Of a DNA stretch of 64,000 nt, positions 1-8,919 are shown piece by piece. Source of the DNA: Candidatus Moranbacteria bacterium GW2011_GWC2_40_12 (GTDB lineage: Bacteria; Patescibacteriota; Minisyncoccia; Moranbacterales; UBA11712); NCBI GenBank assembly GCA_000995965.1, contig LBYD01000001.1, positions 12,923 to 76,922 on the forward strand. The letters are read 5' to 3'. Position 1 is the first letter of the stretch. Every line of letters begins with the position of its first letter. Both the position numbers and the translations under genes were made by a program. The notes beneath the pieces were generated by a model. The model was not told the DNA's origin, ran no database searches, and worked only from the letters and a program-made list of their open reading frames with translations.

Positions 1-2
1 GC

Positions 3-698
3 GCGCAAAAAAAGGGAAAAATCAAAATAAAAGTCCATAACCCGCGCGATTACGCGGCCGACAAACACAAGACGGTTGACGATACGCCGTATGGCGGGGG
101 TCCTGGCATGATCATGAAAGTGGAGCCGATTTATAAATGTCTCGAGAAAATAAAATCCGAAATCAAGAATTTTTCTAAGGTTCGGCCTTTCCCTTCCTCG
201 AGCAAAGCTCTCGGAATTCCTCAAGGCCAAACCTTAAAAAATTCCTCAAAGTCGAACTTTTTTGGAATTTCTCAAAGTCGAACTTTATTATTTTCCGCCA
301 AAGGGAAGGAATACACTCAAGCTGACGCGAAAAGGCTCGCGAAATATGAGAATATAATAATGATTTGCGGGCGATATGAAGGGGTTGACGAACGGGTCGC
401 GAAGCATCTGGCGGATGAAGAAATATCAATCGGAGATTATATATTAACGGGAGGTGAAATTCCCGCGATGGCTGTCGTTGATTCCGTCACGAGGTTATTG
501 CCGGAAGTTTTGGGGAACAAGGAATCGGCAACAAAAGAGTCATTTTCCAAAAAAGGATATCTGGAGCATCCGCAATATACCAGGCCGGCTGAATTTCATG
601 GGTGGAAAGTGCCGGAAGTTCTTCTTTCGGGAGACCACAAGGAGATTGAGGAATGGAGGAAAGAGAATGCAAAAATCAAAATGCAAAAATCAAAATGA
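3..698 (+). CDS. trmD: tRNA (guanine-N1)-methyltransferase TrmD, 5'-partial
   Basis: Frame is open from the window edge: HNPRDY..HKTVDDTPYGGGPGM, ICGRYEGVDERV, SIGDYILTGGE, LEHPQYTRP, LLSGDH. Contains a ~35-aa repeat-derived insertion (~160-290). Confidence 0.97.
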   Translation, partial: AQKKGKIKIKVHNPRDYAADKHKTVDDTPYGGGPGMIMKVEPIYKCLEKIKSEIKNFSKVRPFPSSSKALGIPQGQTLKNSSKSNFFGISQSRTLLFSAKGKEYTQADAKRLAKYENIIMICGRYEGVDERVAKHLADEEISIGDYILTGGEIPAMAVVDSVTRLLPEVLGNKESATKESFSKKGYLEHPQYTRPAEFHGWKVPEVLLSGDHKEIEEWRKENAKIKMQKSK

Positions 699-822
699 CA
701 ATTCAAAATGTTAAAGTGCCTTTGCTATTGAGGCTTTTAAGTTCAAAGTTTTTTTGCATTGTCATTTTTTCAGCCAAAGGCTGATCTGCCTCTGGCATGA
801 CATTTTTATTTTTTAATTTTAC
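665..822. repeat. A-rich/T-rich imperfect inverted element with a nested GC hairpin (CAGCCAAAGGCTG..CCTCTGGC)
   Basis: AAAATGCAAAAATC occurs twice, followed by complementary TTTTGCATTGTCATTTT / TTTTAATTTT. Resembles 32170-32303. Confidence 0.6.
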
Positions 823-828
823 ACTTGA

Positions 829-1932
829 GTGAAAAGCACGAACAAGCCTGACCAAATCCTCACCATCACCACCTTTGCCCTCATTGTTTTTGGGCTGGTT
901 ATGATTTCTTCAGCGGGAGTGGCGCTCTCTCAGCATCGCTTCAATGACGGCTATTATTTCTTCAAGCACCAGCTTTTTTACGGAGTTCTGCCGGGCCTTT
1001 TTATGATGTATATAGCCCAAAAAATAGATTATCATTTTTGGCGCCGAATCGCTTTTTTGCTTTTCGCGGCCAATCTAATTTTGCTGATCCTTGTTTTTAT
1101 ACCCGGTGTAGGGCTCCGGTTCCAGGGAGCCAGCCGCTGGATAACCCTTGGACCTTTTTCCTTCCAACCAACTGAAATGCTGAAACTCACGATGATCTTG
1201 TATCTTGCGGCCTGGCTTGAAAGCAAAAAAGATCTGAAGAGGGATTTATTCGAGGGATTTTTTCCCTTTTTGGCGATTCTTGGGATTGTGGGATTTCTCA
1301 TCATCAAGCAGCCGGATATGGGGACGCTCGGGACAATTGTTGTCATTTCAGTGATAATATTCTTTCTTTCCGGCGCCAAAACTGCTCACATCGCATCCAT
1401 GGCCGGCATGGGCATACTTGCTTTTTTTGCTTTGGTGAAATTTGAATCCTATCGAATGAACCGGCTTCTTGTGTTTCTTCATCCGGAGCTGGATCCGCGC
1501 GGGATAGGATACCAGATCAATCAGGCACTTCTCGCGATCGGATCAGGAGGCCTGTTTGGATTAGGATTGGGACATAGCCGGCAGAAGTTCAATTATCTTC
1601 CGGAACCAGTTGGAGATTCCATTTTTGCCATAATTTGCGAAGAAATCGGGCTCATTGGAGCGGCAATGCTGATATTGTTGTTCGTAGTTTTCGCCATGAG
1701 GGGGCTCAAAATTGCAAAAAAGGCACCGGATATGTTCGGAAAACTGATTGCAATCGGCATAACTTCCTGGATAATTTTTCAGGCTTTGATCAATATTTCT
1801 GCCATTACCGGCCTCATTCCGCTGACAGGAGTCACTCTTCCTTTCATCAGCTATGGCGGGACGTCGATTATTTTCTCCATGGTCGGAGTTGGAATCCTGT
1901 TGAATATTTCCAAAAAGTGTGGGAAAATATAA
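829..1932 (+). CDS. ftsW: SEDS peptidoglycan polymerase FtsW
   Basis: Multi-TM; GASRWI, FQPTEMLK, QPDMGT, GYQINQAL..IGSGG, TLPFISYGGTS; upstream of murG. Confidence 0.95.
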   Translation: MKSTNKPDQILTITTFALIVFGLVMISSAGVALSQHRFNDGYYFFKHQLFYGVLPGLFMMYIAQKIDYHFWRRIAFLLFAANLILLILVFIPGVGLRFQGASRWITLGPFSFQPTEMLKLTMILYLAAWLESKKDLKRDLFEGFFPFLAILGIVGFLIIKQPDMGTLGTIVVISVIIFFLSGAKTAHIASMAGMGILAFFALVKFESYRMNRLLVFLHPELDPRGIGYQINQALLAIGSGGLFGLGLGHSRQKFNYLPEPVGDSIFAIICEEIGLIGAAMLILLFVVFAMRGLKIAKKAPDMFGKLIAIGITSWIIFQALINISAITGLIPLTGVTLPFISYGGTSIIFSMVGVGILLNISKKCGKI

Positions 1933-1934
1933 TT

Positions 1935-3044
1935 ATGAGAATTGTATTAACGGGCGGCGGAACGGGAGGACACATTTTTCCCATCATTGCCGTGGCACAG
2001 GAGCTTAGAAAACAGGCAGGGGAGAAGAATGATGTCGAATTTCTTTTTCTGGGACCGGACGGAGAATTGGAAAGGGAGGCTATGGAAAAAGAATTTGTCC
2101 CCATGAAAAAAATTCAATGCGGAAAGATGCGCCGGTATTTTTCGCCGCTTAATTTTCTCGATATTTTCAAAATTCCCGTAGGATTTTTCCAGTCTCTTTG
2201 GCATCTTCTGGTTTTTATGCCGGACGCGGTATTCGCAAAGGGCGGGTATGCCAGCATTCCGGTCGCCGCGGCTGCCTGGATATATCGAATTCCGATCCTG
2301 ATCCATGAATCAGACGTTGTACCGGGCTTGGCCAATCAACTGATGGCAAAAGTTGCCAAAAGAGTGGCTGCATCTTTTCCGGGATCAGAAAAATTTTTTC
2401 CTGAAAGCAAAGTTTTTTTGACTGGCAATCCAATCCGTGAAGAAATGATCCGGGATGATATGGCAGGGGGAAAGGAAAAATTTTCTCTCCAGCCTGAAAA
2501 AAAAACCATTTTGGTTATTGGCGGCAGCCAGGGATCCAGGGTTATTAATCAGGCCATCGTGACTTTGCTTCCAAAAATCCTCAAGAAATGGCAGCTTATT
2601 CATGTGACCGGAAAGAAAGAATTTGAAAGCGTTGTTTCTGAAGCGGGAAAACTGGGCATAAAAGCTGGCCGAGAAGGATATAAAGTCTTCCCGTTTCTCA
2701 CGAAGGAGCTCCCATATGCCTTCGCGGCGGCTGATTTGGTTGTGAGCCGGGCGGGAGCCGTTACGCTCACGGAAATCGCGGCAAACAAAAAGCCGGCGAT
2801 AATCATCCCCATCAAGGGGTCAGCCAATAAGCATCAGGAGCAAAACGCCTTTGTTTTTTCGCAAGCCGGAGCGGCGGTCGTGCTTGAGCAGGAAAATCTT
2901 GGTGAAAATATTTTGTATTCGAAAATTGATCAGATAATAGATGACAAAGGACTTGGATTTGAGTTGAGTGAAAGAGTGAAAAGATTCTATAATCCGGAAG
3001 CGGCAAGGTTGATTGCCGGAGAAATAGCTAAGATCGCAAGTTGA
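1935..3044 (+). CDS. murG: MurG GlcNAc transferase
   Basis: Start reassigned to ATG 1935 (MRIVLTGGGTGGHIFP); KGGYAS, HESD..PGLAN, GGSQGS, SRAGA, HQEQNA. Confidence 0.97.
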   Translation: MRIVLTGGGTGGHIFPIIAVAQELRKQAGEKNDVEFLFLGPDGELEREAMEKEFVPMKKIQCGKMRRYFSPLNFLDIFKIPVGFFQSLWHLLVFMPDAVFAKGGYASIPVAAAAWIYRIPILIHESDVVPGLANQLMAKVAKRVAASFPGSEKFFPESKVFLTGNPIREEMIRDDMAGGKEKFSLQPEKKTILVIGGSQGSRVINQAIVTLLPKILKKWQLIHVTGKKEFESVVSEAGKLGIKAGREGYKVFPFLTKELPYAFAAADLVVSRAGAVTLTEIAANKKPAIIIPIKGSANKHQEQNAFVFSQAGAAVVLEQENLGENILYSKIDQIIDDKGLGFELSERVKRFYNPEAARLIAGEIAKIAS

Positions 3045-3090
3045 TTCTAAGGCTAAGCCTTGGCGGCTCTGCCAAGGCTTAGCCTTAGAA
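3045..3090. repeat. Perfect 20-bp inverted repeat (AAGGCTAAGCCTT family)
   Basis: TTCTAAGGCTAAGCCTTGGC-N6-GCCAAGGCTTAGCCTTAGAA; near-identical copy at 11985-12026. Confidence 0.9.
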
Positions 3091-3097
3091 AAATAAA

Positions 3098-4051
3098 ATG
3101 CAACGAAAGAAAATCGGTGTAGCCCTCGGCGGAGGAACAATGAGAGGGATGACCCACATCGGCGTTTTGGAGGTATTTGAGGAAAACAATCTCCCGATTC
3201 ATTTTCTTGTCGGCTGTTCAAGCGGGGCGATTGTCGCGGCCGCCTATGCATGCGGAAAATTGAAGGAACTCAAAGAAACGGCACTTCCTCTCAAAAACAA
3301 AGACCGCCGCAAAATGCTTGATTTGAGCTTTTCCGGCGGTGGCTTGATAAAAGGGGAACAATTGAGGTCCCTTTTTGATTTCTTGACCGATGGGAAAAAA
3401 TTTGAAGATATCAAAGGCTTGAAATTGGCTTTTGTGGGAACAGATGCCTTGACAGGAAACGAAGTCGTGATTGATTCCGGCAGCATTGCTGAAGCCCTTG
3501 AGATCACGACGGCTCTTCCTGGGCTTGCTCCGCTCAAGAGGCACCACGGGAGGCTGGTCTTTGATGGCGGGACAGCCATGCTTGTTCCAGCCAAAATTGC
3601 CTACAATTTTGGGGCGGAAGCTGTGATTGGGGTTGATGTGAGCGTAGGCAGAAGCGTTATCACTAGAACGGTAGGAGATTTCAGAAAAATGATGAGAAAA
3701 AGCACTTTGAGGCGGGTTTTGAATCCGGTTTTCAAAATGGGAGACAAGGCGTTGAATTCCAGCGAAGAAAAATTTTTCGGGAAAGTGCGGAATCTCATGA
3801 AAAAATTGAAACTGCTTGATGATTATGAAAAACATAAGTTCAATTTTTTCGAGGCTTATCTCATCGGTCTTCGAGCCATTAGCGCTGATTATAAAAAAGG
3901 CCTTTTCCTGGATGGCGACTGCGATATCGCGATTCGTCCGGACGTACTTCATTTCAAGCGCTCGGATATTTCCCAGACAAAAGAAATGATCGAAGAAGGA
4001 AGAAAGGCGGCAGAAAATATATTGGGAGAGATAAAAAAATTACTTTTGTAA
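3098..4051 (+). CDS. Patatin-like phospholipase
   Basis: ALGGGTMRG oxyanion motif, GCSSG nucleophile elbow, DGG motif. Confidence 0.88.
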   Translation: MQRKKIGVALGGGTMRGMTHIGVLEVFEENNLPIHFLVGCSSGAIVAAAYACGKLKELKETALPLKNKDRRKMLDLSFSGGGLIKGEQLRSLFDFLTDGKKFEDIKGLKLAFVGTDALTGNEVVIDSGSIAEALEITTALPGLAPLKRHHGRLVFDGGTAMLVPAKIAYNFGAEAVIGVDVSVGRSVITRTVGDFRKMMRKSTLRRVLNPVFKMGDKALNSSEEKFFGKVRNLMKKLKLLDDYEKHKFNFFEAYLIGLRAISADYKKGLFLDGDCDIAIRPDVLHFKRSDISQTKEMIEEGRKAAENILGEIKKLLL

Positions 4052-4127
4052 TTTGCAATTGGTAATTTGAATTTGGATTTTTATTATTTCCTTATCCGAA
4101 TTACGGATTACTAATTACCAATTACGC
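4052..4127. repeat. Heptamer-array inverted element
   Basis: AATTGGT AATTTG.. facing CGAATT ACGGATT ACTAATT ACCAATT ACGC; abuts the murC ATG. Confidence 0.65.
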
Positions 4128-5510
4128 ATGATAGATTTTTCAAAAGCGAAAAAAATATATTTTATCGGCATCAAGGGCTCTGGAATGGTGGCCCTGGTTG
4201 AAATTTTGCAGCGCCGGGGATGCCAGATTAGCGGGTCTGATACGGACGAAAAATTTTTCACGGACGATATTCTGAGGAAAAAACTGTTTGTGAAATTTCA
4301 CGAGGGATTTGACGCTGACCATATCACTGGCGACATTGACCTTGTCGTCTATTCCACGGCCTACAATGAAAAAAATAACGAAGAATGGAAAGCCGCGCGC
4401 TTCAAAAGGCTGCCGATGATTTCCTATCCCGAGCTCTTGGGGCTCCTTTTCAACGGCAAATACGGAATTGCGGTTTCAGGAACTCACGGGAAGACGACGA
4501 CTACGGCAATGCTCGCCGAAATTTTCAAGGCGTCCGGGTTTGATCCGACGGCTGTGGTGGGATCGCAAGTTCGCCAGTGGCGAAGTTCGGCTCTTGTCGG
4601 CCGGAGCGAGTTTATGATCATCGAAGCCGATGAATATCAGGGAAAATTCCGCTACTACAGCCCGCAGGCAGTCATTCTCACGAGTGTTGACTGGGACCAT
4701 CCGGACTTTTTTCCGACCTTTGAAGATTATAAAAAAACATTCGTTGAATTTGTCCAAAAAATTCCCCGCCATGGGTTTTTGGTAGTCTCGGGCGACCGGA
4801 GCGACACGCTTGAAATTGCCAAGGGCGCGAAATGCAATGTTTTGAAATATGGATTTGGGAAGGACAATGATCTGAAAATAAAAAACTATGAGATCGCGGG
4901 CGGAAAGCAAAATTTTGAGCTGGTATATGGCGGAAAAAACTTGGGGAAATTTGAGATTGAACTTCCCGGGCGCCACAACGCGCTGAATGCCGCGGCGGCT
5001 GTGGCAATGAGCTACAAATTCAACGCGGATATGAAAAAAGCGAAGGAGGCTCTGGCAAATTTTGAGGGAACAACGCGCCGATTTGAGTATATCGGCAAAC
5101 GAAACGGGGCGATTCTGATTGACGACTATGGCCATCATCCGGAAGAAGTGAAAGCCACTCTCAAGGCGGCGCGGGAATTTTTCCCCAAGCGCCGGATTTG
5201 GTGCGTTTTCCATCCCCATACTTTCACCCGGACAAAAGCCTTGCTTTCTGAATTTGCCCAAAGCTTTGAAGACGCGGACCGGGTGATTATTCTCGACATA
5301 TATGGCAGCGCGCGGGAAGTCCAGGGAGGAGTCCATTCAAAAGATTTGGTGGAACTCGCCAAAAAATACCACGTTAGTGTCGAATATATCCCGACGATTC
5401 CGGAAACGGTTGAATATCTCGCCGGCCAGATTGGCCGCGAGGACCTGGTCATCGCGATGGGAGCGGGAAATGTCTGGGAAGTAGCGGAGAAATTAGTATC
5501 TGAAATTTGA
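4128..5510 (+). CDS. murC: UDP-N-acetylmuramate--L-alanine ligase
   Basis: IGIKGSGM, SGTHGKTTT, IEADEY, DHPD, GRHNALN, DDYGHHPEE, PHTFTRT, MGAG. Confidence 0.96.
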   Translation: MIDFSKAKKIYFIGIKGSGMVALVEILQRRGCQISGSDTDEKFFTDDILRKKLFVKFHEGFDADHITGDIDLVVYSTAYNEKNNEEWKAARFKRLPMISYPELLGLLFNGKYGIAVSGTHGKTTTTAMLAEIFKASGFDPTAVVGSQVRQWRSSALVGRSEFMIIEADEYQGKFRYYSPQAVILTSVDWDHPDFFPTFEDYKKTFVEFVQKIPRHGFLVVSGDRSDTLEIAKGAKCNVLKYGFGKDNDLKIKNYEIAGGKQNFELVYGGKNLGKFEIELPGRHNALNAAAAVAMSYKFNADMKKAKEALANFEGTTRRFEYIGKRNGAILIDDYGHHPEEVKATLKAAREFFPKRRIWCVFHPHTFTRTKALLSEFAQSFEDADRVIILDIYGSAREVQGGVHSKDLVELAKKYHVSVEYIPTIPETVEYLAGQIGREDLVIAMGAGNVWEVAEKLVSEI

Positions 5511-5630
5511 AATTAGTTGGTGGAAATTAGAAATTTGTAATGGATAATTGAAATTGGGAATTGGTCCATTTTCTATTTTCCAGTTTCTATTACTATTTTC
5601 AATTTACCAAGAATCATTTTCTATTGAAAT
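5500..5630. repeat. GAAATT-rich heptamer-array inverted element
   Basis: GAAATTT GAAATTA.. arm facing TTTTCCAGTTTC/TTTTCAATTT arm; similar to 7865-7968. Confidence 0.6.
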
Positions 5631-5650
5631 CTGAAAAATTAATACCAGAT

Positions 5651-6610
5651 ATGAACATTCAGGAGAACATCCCTTTGGCTCAATATACAACCCTGAAAGT
5701 CGGCGGGGCGGCGAGGTTTTTTTGTGAAGCAAAAAATGAAGAGGAAATTTCGGGAGCGGTGAAATTTGCCGAAGAAAAAAAACTGCCGGTTTTTGTGCTG
5801 GGCGGCGGAAGCAATATTTTGGTGAGCGACAAAGGGTTTGACGGAGTCGTTATACGACTCCGAAATTCGCAATTAGTAATTCGCAATTTGGATATTATTT
5901 GTCACGGTGGCTGCCAATTGAGTAAAGCCGTCAGTGAAAGCGTAAAAGCCGGCCTCACCGGCCTCGAGTGGGCGGCGGGGATTCCGGGAATGGTTGGGGG
6001 CGCGGTTTGGGGGAATGCGGGGGCGCCTTGGGGCTCGATGGCGGACTGTGTGGAATCTGTAAAAGTTTTGGATAAAAAAGATTTACGATTTAAGATTTAC
6101 GATTTAAAAAAATGCGATTTTGAATACAGAAACAGTATCTTTAAGCGAAATTCGAATTTGGTAATTTTATCTGTTAGCTTAAAGCTGAAAAAAGGCAAAA
6201 AAGAAGAAAGCGAAAAAAGAGTGAAAGAAATTTTGGCTCAAAGGAAAGAAAAGCAGCCCATGGATTTTCCTAGTTCGGGAAGCTTTTTTGCCAATCCCAC
6301 GATAAAAGATCAGAAAGTGATTAGTGAATTTGAAAGAGAAACGAATACGAAAGTAAAAGATAATAAAAATTTATACCAGAATTCCGGTTCGGAAGTAAAA
6401 ATACCCGCGGCTTATCTGATTGAAGAAGCCGGACTCAAGGGTAAAAAAATAGGCGGGGCGCAGGTGAGCGAAAAGCACGCAAATTTTCTGGTGAACGCGG
6501 GAAACGCGAAGGCGGAAGATTTCATCATCCTTGCCGCGGTCATCAAAACGCGCGTCCGAAACAAATTCGGCATCCAGCTCAGAGAAGAAGTGCAGATGGT
6601 GGGATTTTGA
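5651..6610 (+). CDS. murB: UDP-N-acetylenolpyruvoylglucosamine reductase
   Basis: TTLKVGG, LGGGSNIL, GIPG.VGGAVWGNAGA, FEYRNS, SSGSFFANP, SEKHANF; ATG at 5651. Confidence 0.96.
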   Translation: MNIQENIPLAQYTTLKVGGAARFFCEAKNEEEISGAVKFAEEKKLPVFVLGGGSNILVSDKGFDGVVIRLRNSQLVIRNLDIICHGGCQLSKAVSESVKAGLTGLEWAAGIPGMVGGAVWGNAGAPWGSMADCVESVKVLDKKDLRFKIYDLKKCDFEYRNSIFKRNSNLVILSVSLKLKKGKKEESEKRVKEILAQRKEKQPMDFPSSGSFFANPTIKDQKVISEFERETNTKVKDNKNLYQNSGSEVKIPAAYLIEEAGLKGKKIGGAQVSEKHANFLVNAGNAKAEDFIILAAVIKTRVRNKFGIQLREEVQMVGF

Positions 6611-6614
6611 AGTC

Positions 6615-6706
6615 ATTACGAATTACTAATTCGCTTTGCTCTACGAATATACAAATTACGAATATTTTTGAATTTGTATATTCGTATAAGATTCGTAGTT
6701 CGTAAA
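6615..6706. repeat. TACGAAT/ATTCGTA heptamer inverted element
   Basis: Same family as 15563, 16737, 17717 and 25173. Confidence 0.85.
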
Positions 6707-6708
6707 GG

Positions 6709-6737
6709 TTTACATTTTTCCAAAAAAAAATTATAAT
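6709..6737 (+). promoter_or_regulatory. Sigma70-type promoter for the polyamine operon
   Basis: TTTACA-N17-TATAAT. Confidence 0.7.
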
Positions 6738-6762
6738 TTAGAAGATATATTTTCTGAAAAAA

Positions 6763-7860
6763 ATGAAAGAAAAAAAATCTAAATTTAAAAAAATAGACGA
6801 AGCGTATGAGACAAAGCGCGATCTGAAGCATGACGGATTTTCCGATAACCTGAAACCGATTTCTTCGCTTGATTTGGGAAAAGCCGGGAACGTGGATGAG
6901 CTGGTGCGCGGAATGTCAAAGACCGCTTTCGGCGGAAGGAATCTCGGCGAAGCGGCGGATGTTCTCGAAGCGATGGTCCGTGACAAAGATTGCTTTGTCG
7001 TGCTGACGCTTTCCGGAGCAATGACGGTGGCAAAGATGGGCCTTTTGATTTGCGATATGATTGATCGCGGAATGGTGAACGCTGTTGTCTCAACAGGAGC
7101 GCTCATGACCCATGGCATGGTTGAGGGTTTTGGCATGAGCCACTTCAAGTATGACGAGGAAATGGACGATGAAAAACTTTACGCGTGCGGATATAACCGG
7201 GTTTATGACACGCTGGAACTTGAAAAAAATCTGGACGATCTGGAACTCATTGTATTCGAAGTTTTCAAAAGCCTGGATCATAAAAAAGTATATTCGAGCA
7301 ATGAAATCTTGAATGAAGTCGGAAAATATCTCCAAAAAAATACAGACAAAGAAAGAGCGATTCTCAAAAGCGCTTATGAAAAAAAAGTCCCGATATATAT
7401 TCCGGCCTTCACGGATTCTGAATTTTTTCTTGATATCGGGATCTTCAATCGGCGACAGAAACTTGAAAAGAAACCAATTCTGAACACAAGCGAATATCTG
7501 GACCTCGAACACTTCACGGAACTGATCAAAAAACAGAAAAAAATCGGTATTTTCACGATTGGCGGCGGTGTGCCGCGAAATTGGGCCCAGCAAGTGACAT
7601 GTTATCTCGACCTTATCGGGAAACGAGTGGGAGTCGGCGGAAAATTTTTGCGCTACAGTTATGGCGTCCGAATTTCCCCCGAGCCGGTGCACTGGGGCGG
7701 CCTCTCCGGATGCACGTATTCCGAAGGAGTGTCTTGGGGAAAAATGGTTCCTCCCAAAGAAGGCGGGCGCTTCGCCGAAGTTTATTGCGACGCGACGATC
7801 GCCTGGCCTATAATTTTGAAGGCGGTGATGGAACGGCTGGATAAAAAGTCTGGAAAATAG
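6763..7860 (+). CDS. Deoxyhypusine synthase-like protein (probable homospermidine synthase, SpeY-like)
   Basis: GYNRVYD, PAFTDS, IGGGVPRNW, WGGLSGCTYSEGVSWGK with the catalytic Lys. Confidence 0.9.
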   Translation: MKEKKSKFKKIDEAYETKRDLKHDGFSDNLKPISSLDLGKAGNVDELVRGMSKTAFGGRNLGEAADVLEAMVRDKDCFVVLTLSGAMTVAKMGLLICDMIDRGMVNAVVSTGALMTHGMVEGFGMSHFKYDEEMDDEKLYACGYNRVYDTLELEKNLDDLELIVFEVFKSLDHKKVYSSNEILNEVGKYLQKNTDKERAILKSAYEKKVPIYIPAFTDSEFFLDIGIFNRRQKLEKKPILNTSEYLDLEHFTELIKKQKKIGIFTIGGGVPRNWAQQVTCYLDLIGKRVGVGGKFLRYSYGVRISPEPVHWGGLSGCTYSEGVSWGKMVPPKEGGRFAEVYCDATIAWPIILKAVMERLDKKSGK

Positions 7861-7864
7861 TTGT

Positions 7865-7968
7865 ATGAAGTTTGAAATTGGTAATGGAGAATAGAAAATT
7901 GAAATTCGTGACAATTTTCCAGTTTCAAATTTCCATTACAATTTTCCATTCTCTAAAAACAAATTTCA
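7865..7968. repeat. GAAATT-rich inverted element
   Basis: GAAATTGGTAATGGAGAAT.. facing TTTCAAATTTCCATTACAATTTTCC. Confidence 0.6.
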
Positions 7969-8022
7969 GATGATTACACAGTAAATATCTCAATCTTGAC
8001 ATGCAAAATAATATTCAGATTT

Positions 8023-8910
8023 ATGGATAAAAATCTTTACGAACAATGGCCGTTTAATTTTGGTTCGATCCATGAACAGGATTTTGAAAAGGCGAAAATT
8101 GTGATCGCGCAGATTCCCTATGACGCGACGAGCTCTTATGGAACCGGACAGCGAAACGGGCCCTTCGCGATCCTCAATGCGTCGCGCTATGTTGATGAGC
8201 TTTTGGACGCGCACGAAGGAAAATTGATCGGCCTCGAGCCAACTGACGTTTTCACGCTGGATGAAATTGTTGTTTCGCGAAACAGCGTTCCGGAAGCGAT
8301 GGCCGGAATTGAACAGGCAATCGAAAAAGAAATAGTTTCAAAAAACAAAAAACCGCTTGTTCTCGGCGGAGAGCATTCTATCACTTTTGGCGTCGTGAAA
8401 GCGCTCAAGAAAAAATACAAAGATTTATCGGTTTTGCAATTCGACGCGCATACGGATCTTTTGAACGAATATGAGGGCAGTAAACACTCCCACGCCTCGG
8501 TGATGCGGCGTATCCTTGATGAGGGAATTTCTTGTGCCCAAGTGGGAATCCGGAACATGAACGCGGAAGTTCAGGATTATATTTCGACGAACAAAAAACA
8601 CGCCAAAAATATCCATTTCGCGCCCGGAATCCCGCCGGTCGAAAATATTTTGAAAGGCCTCACAAAAAATGTTTATCTCACTTTTGATCTCGACGTTCTT
8701 GATCCGTCCATCATGCCGGCGGTCGGGACAGCCGAGCCGGGAGGGTTATACTGGAACGAAACAGTTGAGGCGATTGAAAAAATAAGCCAGAAAGTGAATA
8801 TCGTCGGCGCGGACGTGGTGGAACTTTGCCCGATTCCCGGCCTTGAAGCGCCAAATTTCTTGGCGGCGAAGCTGGTATATGAAATAATCAAAGCCATCTT
8901 GGCAAAATAA
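8023..8910 (+). CDS. speB: Agmatinase (ureohydrolase)
   Basis: LGGEHSIT, FDAHTD, SHAS, FDLDVLDPS..PAVGT.EPGG, DVVE. Confidence 0.92.
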   Translation: MDKNLYEQWPFNFGSIHEQDFEKAKIVIAQIPYDATSSYGTGQRNGPFAILNASRYVDELLDAHEGKLIGLEPTDVFTLDEIVVSRNSVPEAMAGIEQAIEKEIVSKNKKPLVLGGEHSITFGVVKALKKKYKDLSVLQFDAHTDLLNEYEGSKHSHASVMRRILDEGISCAQVGIRNMNAEVQDYISTNKKHAKNIHFAPGIPPVENILKGLTKNVYLTFDLDVLDPSIMPAVGTAEPGGLYWNETVEAIEKISQKVNIVGADVVELCPIPGLEAPNFLAAKLVYEIIKAILAK

Positions 8911-8919
8911 CACAACCTG

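Noticed and set aside
4476-5336. Long antisense ORFs (also 3218-3952, 7090-7914, 9886-10815)
   Set aside because: Shadows of well-supported genes on the opposite strand, with no motifs.
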